From the NCBI RefSeq assembly GCF_002483365.1, contig NZ_DLHT01000018.1, forward strand, positions 8,560 to 72,559: a stretch of 64,000 bases of DNA, read 5' to 3'. The DNA comes from Cellvibrio sp. UBA7661 (GTDB lineage: Bacteria > Pseudomonadota > Gammaproteobacteria > Pseudomonadales > Cellvibrionaceae). Shown one piece after another: positions 56,774 to 64,000 of this stretch; position 1 is the first letter of the stretch, and each line of letters begins with the position of its first letter. The notes under the pieces are model-generated. The model made no database searches. It saw only the letters and a list, made by a program, of their open reading frames with translations, and was not told the DNA's origin. A program made the translations under genes and the position numbers.

Positions 56774-58117
56774 ATGAACATTTCTTCCTTAAATAACCCT
56801 TCCGTTTCAACGAACGTACCGGGTAATAAAACAGCCGGTACACCCACAGATGCCGATAAATTAGCGTCCAAAACCGGGGATTTCACCCCAGGTGGAAAAA
56901 ACAGTGTCGTTACGGCAAGTACAATTCTATCCGTCAGTTTTGAGGATAAGCGTCAAACTGCCCTGCAAATAGTTAACCGTACCCTCGCTCAGGCCTATGA
57001 AAAAATCAGCTCGCGAGGGCAGGCAGCCAGTGCGGAATACGAAACCTTTGAACCACTCACCGCTGAGAAAGTTGCCTCTAATATTCTTGGCTTCATCGAG
57101 CGTAGACTGCAAATGGACGTTGCTGACGGTGCATCCCAAGAGGAGCTGCAAGCACGATTAGAAGCAGGCTTGGCGGGCTTTAAAAAAGGCTTTGCGGAAG
57201 CGAGTGAGAAGCTGGAGGCATTGAGTCTGTTGTCTCCGGAAATTAAGGCTGATATCGGGAAAACCTATGATTTGGTGCTTGAAGGTGTGGATGAGTTGCG
57301 TGCTAAATTCATCCAATCTACCACTGAACAGATTCCTGCAAGCCCATCGAAAACTGAATCTGAAATTGTGAAAACAGCAGCACCTAAAGCCTCTTCGCCT
57401 GCAAAGCTTGATGTACCGGATTTTCTTCCTGCTGCTGGCGCTGTCCCTGCCGCCAATAGCTACATGGGATATGGCAATTATGAGTATGGTCGCGCTCGTG
57501 AATTCAGCTTTGAGCTGAGAACAAAAGAAGGCGACATAGTGACGATCAAGGCAAGCTCCAGTGAAGGTTTTGCTGTCGAGGCTGGTCGCGCTTCCCGGGG
57601 TAATCAATCTGTAAGCGCCATGAATGCGAGTTATAGCTCCAGCGAATCCTTTTCGTTCTCAATCGAGGGTGAATTGAACGAAGATGAGTTGGCTGCAATT
57701 AATGATTTGCTGGGGCGAGTAAATGATCTTGCCGGACAATTTTTTGAAGGCAATTTAGATTCTGCATTTGAGCAAGCAATGAATCTGGGATACGACGCTG
57801 AACAGATCGGCAGTTTCTCACTCAATCTGGCTCAGGCAGAAATACAGCAGGTCACCCAAGCTTATCAAACGTTTGAGCCAGGTAATAATGCTGGAGGTAT
57901 CGATAAGCCTGCATTGCTAACTGACCAATTGTTGCCATTAGGAAATTTTATTAAAAATTTGTTAGATAGCTTGGATCGCGCTTCTATTTTTGATGAGCCT
58001 AAGTCGCTGTTGTCTGGTATGGCAGAGAAAATTACTGGCGAAGGTGAAATGGATCAATTACAAGGCAAACGATTCCGCGACTTCATCGAGGAAATGTTTG
58101 CTTTGGAATTGCGTTAG
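56774..58117 (+). CDS. hypothetical acidic protein, no recognised family
   Basis: 447 aa with an AGGTGA SD. It has an S/T/N-rich N-terminal tail, helical acidic segments and a central P/A/S linker. There is no TM segment or signal peptide. It may belong to a DUF family, but I cannot assign one from sequence alone. Confidence 0.6.
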   Translation: MNISSLNNPSVSTNVPGNKTAGTPTDADKLASKTGDFTPGGKNSVVTASTILSVSFEDKRQTALQIVNRTLAQAYEKISSRGQAASAEYETFEPLTAEKVASNILGFIERRLQMDVADGASQEELQARLEAGLAGFKKGFAEASEKLEALSLLSPEIKADIGKTYDLVLEGVDELRAKFIQSTTEQIPASPSKTESEIVKTAAPKASSPAKLDVPDFLPAAGAVPAANSYMGYGNYEYGRAREFSFELRTKEGDIVTIKASSSEGFAVEAGRASRGNQSVSAMNASYSSSESFSFSIEGELNEDELAAINDLLGRVNDLAGQFFEGNLDSAFEQAMNLGYDAEQIGSFSLNLAQAEIQQVTQAYQTFEPGNNAGGIDKPALLTDQLLPLGNFIKNLLDSLDRASIFDEPKSLLSGMAEKITGEGEMDQLQGKRFRDFIEEMFALELR

Positions 58118-58203
58118 TCGTTAATAATAGGGTTTTATTAATTTGATGTTTTATGAGTCGGCAGCAATAATTGTTGCTCCGCCATACTTATGAAGATTTT
58201 GTT

Positions 58204-58452
58204 ATGAAACCCGTGTATCTCTATTCAACCCTTGGCTGTCATCTATGTGAGATGGCCAAGGAGATTGTGTCCCCTTTGTTAAACTATTATTCCCTCTATC
58301 TGGAAGAAATCGAAATCGCTGAATCAGATGAATTGGTTGAGCGTTATGGTGTGCGAATTCCAGTATTGAAATCGCCACATCATTTAGATGAGTTGGGCTG
58401 GCCATTTGATACGAGCCAGGCAAAAGCTTTTTTAGACAGAATAACAACTTGA
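58204..58452 (+). CDS. glutaredoxin-like thioredoxin-fold protein
   Basis: 82 aa from MKPVYLYSTLGCHLCEMAKE, with a CxxC motif after beta1 and a later cis-Pro region (IPVL). It resembles the small glutaredoxin-2/DUF836 family. Confidence 0.65.
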   Translation: MKPVYLYSTLGCHLCEMAKEIVSPLLNYYSLYLEEIEIAESDELVERYGVRIPVLKSPHHLDELGWPFDTSQAKAFLDRITT

Positions 58453-58591
58453 AGTATTAGGTATTTTTTGCCGGTCCAACGCTATTTGGATTTCAAGCAC
58501 TGAACAGATATCTCACAGAGTTCCTCATGTTGGCAGGGCTTCCTCCAGTAACATTCCGTTAGCTAATGACTTCTGATTCTCCCGACTATAT

Positions 58592-58620
58592 AAAAAACGG
58601 ACTTCAGATAAAGTCCGCTT
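58592..58620 (-). terminator. rho-independent terminator of the Lrp-family gene
   Basis: The minus strand reads AAGCGGACTT-tatctg-AAGTCCGTTTTTTA. Confidence 0.7.
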
Positions 58621-58691
58621 TATGAAGATCAATCAAGGGTGGCAACCAGACTCACTGGGTTTTTATATTTTGGTAATACGCCAGTGCATTA

Positions 58692-59162
58692 TTAAATGGG
58701 TAATTGTGTCGTGAATTTTACTTGCTTCAATGCAAATGCTGAATTAATTGAGCCTATATTTGGTAGGTGAATAAGGGTTTGCTTCATCAAGCGCTCATAA
58801 TGTTCAACGCTCTCTACAACCACACGTAATACATAATCTTTTTCGCCACTTGTCGAATAGCACTCAACGACTTCTGGTATGGCCTGCACCGTTTCCTCAA
58901 ATGCCTCAAGAGAAGGGGCGTCGTGGTTCTTGATAGTGATATAGGCATGAACGGTCACGCCGAGATTGAGTAGCTTTGGATCAAGTAATGTAACCTTGCC
59001 TCGAATTACTCCCTCAACCTCCAATCGCTTTAGTCGGCGCCAGCAGGGGGTGTGGGAAAGGCCGATCATATTGCCTAAATCTGCCATTGAATAATCGGCG
59101 TTTTCCTGGAGTGCGCGCAGAATTTTGCGGTCGTATTCATCGAGCTCAACAGACTTGCCCAT
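58692..59162 (-). CDS. Lrp/AsnC-family transcriptional regulator
   Basis: 156 aa. HTH region (LDEYDRKILRALQENADYSMADLGNMIGLSHTPCWRRLKRLE) followed by a C-terminal RAM/AsnC ligand-binding domain. Confidence 0.9.
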   Translation of the reverse strand: MGKSVELDEYDRKILRALQENADYSMADLGNMIGLSHTPCWRRLKRLEVEGVIRGKVTLLDPKLLNLGVTVHAYITIKNHDAPSLEAFEETVQAIPEVVECYSTSGEKDYVLRVVVESVEHYERLMKQTLIHLPNIGSINSAFALKQVKFTTQLPI

Positions 59163-59415
59163 AAGTGATTCCTGAGGTGTAACATAAAAGAGGTATTCTA
59201 GGATGAGATTATTGATATTGCAATAAATTGAGGATAAGTTTAATCGTGTTGTCGAATTCAGCTCGGCTTTTCATAAAAATTTACCTACTTTAGGGCATTT
59301 ACTAGGAAGCAAATCAGCCTGCATATTGTGATTGATGTCATGGGCGTGTATCGTAACGCCTCTTTTGTTAGGCATCTTGTTGCCAATTTTCGGGGTTTTA
59401 GAGCAGTTGCCGTGA

Positions 59416-60102
<687 letters not shown>

Positions 60103-60188
60103 TTGACCGACCTACAGTAAAAACAGGCTCTGCGGAGCCTATTTTTTTGTCTTCGATTTTTACAGCCTTTATTAAATTTTCTTACATT

Positions 60189-60896
60189 ATGAGCCTGATT
60201 CTTGCCTTGGATTCTTCTACGGACGCTTGTTCTGTTGCCCTTTATCAAGAGGGGGAGTTGAACAGTGTGTTTGAATTGGCTGCGAAGAGCCATACTCAAA
60301 GACTGTTGCCGATGGTTGATGAGTTGCTCAAACAATCCGGAATCTCCCTGAAGGAGCTTGATGCGATTGCGTTTGGTCGTGGGCCAGGCTCATTTACAGG
60401 TTTAAGGATTTGTGCCGGCATAGTCCAAGGCCTGGCGTTTGGCACCCAACTACCTGTTATTCCTGTATCCACGCTTGAAGCTCAAGCCTTGGCATATACG
60501 CGTGCAAATCCTGATAACCAATATCCAATAATCGCTGCGTTGGATGCGCGCATGAATGAGGTTTATTGGGGGATGTTCCAACCACACCGGAATAGTGTTC
60601 AAGCAGTAGGTAATGAACAGGTGATGTCTCCTGAGGCGTTGGTTAACGATCCCCGCGTCCAATCATTAGATGGCCATTTTGTGGCTATAGGTTCGGGGTG
60701 GCATTATCCAGATATGCAAGTATCAGGTGCCAAGGCTATAGTTATGGACACTTATCCTCATGCAAGCGATATTGCGCTCATCGCTGCGGAGCACTGGACA
60801 CAGGGGCGGGCTGTCAATGTGCTTGATGCCCAACCTGTTTACTTGCGCGATAGTGTTTCCTGGCAAAAGCGTCAGCGCATCCGTCATTCAGATTAG
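60189..60896 (+). CDS. tsaB: tRNA t6A37 biosynthesis protein TsaB
   Basis: Start [18 protein letters not shown]. Contains [10 protein letters not shown]. Typical YeaZ/TsaB length of about 235 aa. Confidence 0.88.
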   Translation: MSLILALDSSTDACSVALYQEGELNSVFELAAKSHTQRLLPMVDELLKQSGISLKELDAIAFGRGPGSFTGLRICAGIVQGLAFGTQLPVIPVSTLEAQALAYTRANPDNQYPIIAALDARMNEVYWGMFQPHRNSVQAVGNEQVMSPEALVNDPRVQSLDGHFVAIGSGWHYPDMQVSGAKAIVMDTYPHASDIALIAAEHWTQGRAVNVLDAQPVYLRDSVSWQKRQRIRHSD

Positions 60897-60910
60897 ATTG
60901 GGTAAGTTTT

Positions 60911-62251
60911 ATGATGCAATCCCCGCACACACAAATAGATTTCAATGAAAATCTACTTCGTTTTTTGCAAGCATCTCCCACACCTTTTCATGCTGCAAAA
61001 AATCTTGCTGATCAATTGTCTGAGGCTGGTTTTACCCGGCTGCATGAGGGCGATGCCTGGAACTTGGAGCCCGGCGGCCGTTATTGGTTAACGCGCAATG
61101 ACTCTTCAATTCTTGCATTTATTTATGGTCACTCCCCGTTAGCTGAATCAGGTATACGCATGCTTGGTGCGCATACCGATAGTCCTTGCCTTAAAGTGAA
61201 GCCTCGCGCAGAGCTGAATCGCCGTGGTTACTTTCAATTAGGAGTCGAGGTATATGGTGGAGCCTTATTGGCCCCTTGGTATGATCGCGATTTATCAATG
61301 GCGGGACGTGTTACCTACTGCGATGAGCACGGCAGTATCGCAAGCGAATTAATAGATTTTGGTAGGCCAGTTGCCATCATCCCTAGTTTGGCAATTCATC
61401 TTGATCGGGAGGCGAATAATGCCCGCTCAATCAATTCGCAAAAAGATATAGTGCCATTGGTATTGCAGTTGCCTGCAGATGACTCACCGGCTCCCAGGTT
61501 TCGGGAGTTATTGCAGGCCGAGCTTCAACGTAATAACCCAAGCTTGGCAATCAAACAGGTTCTTGATTATGAAATCAGTCTTTATGATACCCAGCCTCCC
61601 GCTTTAGTAGGGTTGGAGAACGATTTTATTGCAAGCGCAAGACTGGATAATTTATTAAGTTGCTTCATAGGGTTGCGATCATTACTTAATGCAGATAATA
61701 AAGTGTCAAGCTTGCTCATTTGTACAGATCATGAGGAGATTGGTAGCGCTTCTTGTTGCGGTGCCAAAGGGCCTATGCTGCAACATTTTCTTGAGCGATT
61801 GCTGCCAGATGCTGAAACCCGTGTTAGAACGATTGAGCGTTCAATGATGATCTCTGCTGACAATGCACACGGAATACATCCCAACTTTATGGATAAGCAT
61901 GACGAAAATCATGGGCCATTATTGAACCGGGGCCCCGTGATTAAAATTAACGCCAATCAGCGATATGCGACTACCAGTGAAACCAGTGCTTTTTTCCGAC
62001 TTCTGTGTGAACAGGTGAAGGTTCCTGTGCAATCTTTTGTGGCGCGCACAGATATGGGATGCGGAAGCACTATTGGACCAATAGTCGCATCCGAAGTTGG
62101 CGTAAAAACAATTGATGTAGGTGTGCCGACTTTTGCAATGCATTCAATTCGGGAATTGGCGGGTGCTTTAGATAGTTGGTATCTCTATCTGGTTGCTAGC
62201 GCTTTTTTCACTTATCCGAACGTGCCATTGGCAAGAATTGCCACCACATAA
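60911..62251 (+). CDS. apeB: M18-family aminopeptidase
   Basis: 446 aa. Contains SPTPFHA...[13 protein letters not shown]...DHEEIGS...SADNAHG.HPN...MHS, the aspartyl-aminopeptidase metal-ligand pattern. Confidence 0.88.
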   Translation: MMQSPHTQIDFNENLLRFLQASPTPFHAAKNLADQLSEAGFTRLHEGDAWNLEPGGRYWLTRNDSSILAFIYGHSPLAESGIRMLGAHTDSPCLKVKPRAELNRRGYFQLGVEVYGGALLAPWYDRDLSMAGRVTYCDEHGSIASELIDFGRPVAIIPSLAIHLDREANNARSINSQKDIVPLVLQLPADDSPAPRFRELLQAELQRNNPSLAIKQVLDYEISLYDTQPPALVGLENDFIASARLDNLLSCFIGLRSLLNADNKVSSLLICTDHEEIGSASCCGAKGPMLQHFLERLLPDAETRVRTIERSMMISADNAHGIHPNFMDKHDENHGPLLNRGPVIKINANQRYATTSETSAFFRLLCEQVKVPVQSFVARTDMGCGSTIGPIVASEVGVKTIDVGVPTFAMHSIRELAGALDSWYLYLVASAFFTYPNVPLARIATT

Positions 62252-62461
62252 AAACGCCTGAGTATTAAAAGCATTTTCAGTAAGACAACTTTAATCTGCC
62301 GTATATAATGTAGATGAAAGCGCAGTCACTCGCATAACTGTTGTGATCCAGTGCTAAGACTGGGTACTGAAGCGCCATGTGAGTTTATCGCCTGTTTATA
62401 ATTCATCTCTAAGAGTCTTACTTGTCCTTATGAATGATGCCCTGTAGTTGTGGAGTGAGAA

Positions 62462-63490
62462 ATGGCGATTAGCCTTGATGTCTTAGCGTCTTTTGCGCCG
62501 TTTAACACCCTGAATCATGAATATATTATTCAAGTAGCGGAAAAAGCCAACCTGCGTGAAGTGACTAAAGGCACTATTATCTTCAAACGCGGCAGACCAT
62601 TTCCTGAAAAAGTATATTTGGTCAGTGGTACTGTTGATTTGATTGATTCAGGCTTCCAAATCAATACTATTAATCCCGCTAGTGAATCGCGCCGTTCTCC
62701 TCTAAATATCACCCAGCCAACGCAAGTATCTGCTGTTGCCAAGTCGGACGTTACGCTTTTGTCTGTCGATAGTGATTTTCTTGATTTGGTACTTGCTTGG
62801 AGCGAGTCCAATGATGAGGAGGCAGAAACATCTGGTGTGAGCCTGCATGACGACAGTGATTGGATGTCTTCACTGTTGCAGTCGCCTCTATTTAGTCGTT
62901 TACCTCCAGCTAATATCCGTCAGCTATTCATACGATTCAAAGCACAAAAAGTGCAAGCTGATGAAATTGTTATTCGTCAGGGCGAGCGCGGTGACTTTTT
63001 TTATGTGCTGGAGTCGGGTAGTGCCATCGTAATGGATACAAGCGATAAGATATTGGCGGCATTGCGCCCAGGACAATATTTTGGTGAGGAAGCATTGGTG
63101 GGGGATACCACACGCAATGCCACTATTAAAATGATCACCCCCGGTAAAGTGATGAAGCTCGACAAAGAAGATTTTCGTGAGTTATTGCAAGAGCCGGTTT
63201 TAAAGTATGTTACCGCAGATGAGCTGAAGGCACGTTCAGATGATATGCCAGCCTACCAGATCATTGATGTTCGATTACCGGTTGAGCGAAGGGGAGAGTC
63301 AGTCCCGGAAAGCCGGAATATTCCCCTCAATCAATTACGCAACCATCTCAAGAATCTCGATGAGACAATTACCTATGTCGTAACCGATGATTCTGGGCGA
63401 CGCTGTGATGTTGCAGCCCATCTACTTGCCCAAGCTGGTTTTAATAGTTGTATCCTAAAAGATTCAGCAGCGCATTACGCTGGGCTCTAA
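62462..63490 (+). CDS. protein with two cyclic-nucleotide-binding-like domains and a C-terminal rhodanese-homology domain
   Basis: 342 aa. The second cNMP domain is canonical (FGEEALVGDTTRNATIKM). The rhodanese-like end (YQIIDVR...NIPL...YVVTDDSGRRCDVAAHLLAQAGF) has Asp where the catalytic Cys normally sits. Confidence 0.7.
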   Translation: MAISLDVLASFAPFNTLNHEYIIQVAEKANLREVTKGTIIFKRGRPFPEKVYLVSGTVDLIDSGFQINTINPASESRRSPLNITQPTQVSAVAKSDVTLLSVDSDFLDLVLAWSESNDEEAETSGVSLHDDSDWMSSLLQSPLFSRLPPANIRQLFIRFKAQKVQADEIVIRQGERGDFFYVLESGSAIVMDTSDKILAALRPGQYFGEEALVGDTTRNATIKMITPGKVMKLDKEDFRELLQEPVLKYVTADELKARSDDMPAYQIIDVRLPVERRGESVPESRNIPLNQLRNHLKNLDETITYVVTDDSGRRCDVAAHLLAQAGFNSCILKDSAAHYAGL

Positions 63491-63594
63491 TGCTGCCAAA
63501 TCGGTTTGCTTGCCTGTATCATGTCGGCCAGATCTTCTTCACCGAATTTTAATGACATCAAGCAACTGCCAAGAACAGAGATAGATAGGGCACT

Positions 63595-64000
63595 ATGAAT
63601 AAACAACGTGTTTTAACTGGTATTACCACTACTGGCACTCCTCACCTTGGAAACTATGTCGGCGCGATACGTCCGGCAATTCAAGCAAGTCAAAGTGCCA
63701 ATGTGCAATCGTTTTATTTTTTGGCTGATTTCCATGCCCTGATCAAATGTCAGGATCCCGATTTGGTTCATCAATCTACCCGTGAAATTGCTGCAACCTG
63801 GCTGGCTTTAGGCTTGGATACCGACAACGCTATTTTTTATCGTCAATCTGATGTGCCTGAAATTCCTGAATTATGCTGGGTATTGACTTGCATGGCGGCA
63901 AAGGGATTGATGAATCGTGCACATGCATATAAAGCATCTGTTGATAGTAATCTTGCGGCAGGCGAAGACACCGATTTTGGTATTACCATGGGACTGTATT
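63595..64000 (+). CDS. trpS: tryptophan--tRNA ligase, N-terminal fragment (runs off the right edge)
   Basis: Own translation: [29 protein letters not shown]...[10 protein letters not shown]...FYRQSDVPE. It has a class I HIGH-type motif (TPHLGNY) and the TrpRS-typical N-terminus. Confidence 0.85.
   Translation, partial: MNKQRVLTGITTTGTPHLGNYVGAIRPAIQASQSANVQSFYFLADFHALIKCQDPDLVHQSTREIAATWLALGLDTDNAIFYRQSDVPEIPELCWVLTCMAAKGLMNRAHAYKASVDSNLAAGEDTDFGITMGLY

Overview
This 64 kb window is from a gammaproteobacterium. Gene order and protein content look Cellvibrionales- or Pseudomonas-like, but that is inference and cannot be verified here. About half the window (5.9-34.8 kb) is a polar-flagellum locus. 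It runs flgN-flgM-flgA (minus strand), then cheV-cheR, flgBCDE, flgFGHIJK, flgL, a FliT-like chaperone gene, fliC1, flaG, fliC2, an embedded sensor kinase, and fliD. The locus carries readable sigma-28 (TAAAG-N-GCCGATAA type) and sigma-54 (TGGCAC-N5-TTGC type) promoters and rho-independent terminators. The rest is mostly housekeeping: pgm, ald, rsmE, tRNA-Arg(CCU), etfBA, fldA, cmoAB, adk, tsaB, apeB, trpS. Signalling genes are interspersed: three c-di-GMP enzymes, a cpxP/cpxRA-like envelope-stress module, a hybrid kinase that has lost its phospho-acceptor histidine, and a cNMP-rhodanese protein. I saw no CRISPR array, transposase, integrase or obvious prophage. Three items deserve the most attention. 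(1) An uncharacterised four-gene cassette at 53.4-58.1 kb encodes a REC-TPR regulator, a sensor-less mini histidine kinase, a membrane-anchored double-FHA protein and an acidic 447-aa protein of no recognisable family. (2) Every surface-exposed axial flagellar protein is enlarged by insert domains carrying flagellin-IN-like motifs (FlgE 834 aa, FlgK 921, FlgL 627, FliC 675/679, FliD about 686), while the rod proteins keep canonical sizes. (3) A 1173-aa lipoprotein fuses ThuA-like, PQQ-type sugar dehydrogenase, PKD, cytochrome c and CBM-like domains. All functional calls rest on reading the translated ORFs and motifs by eye; no database search was possible.
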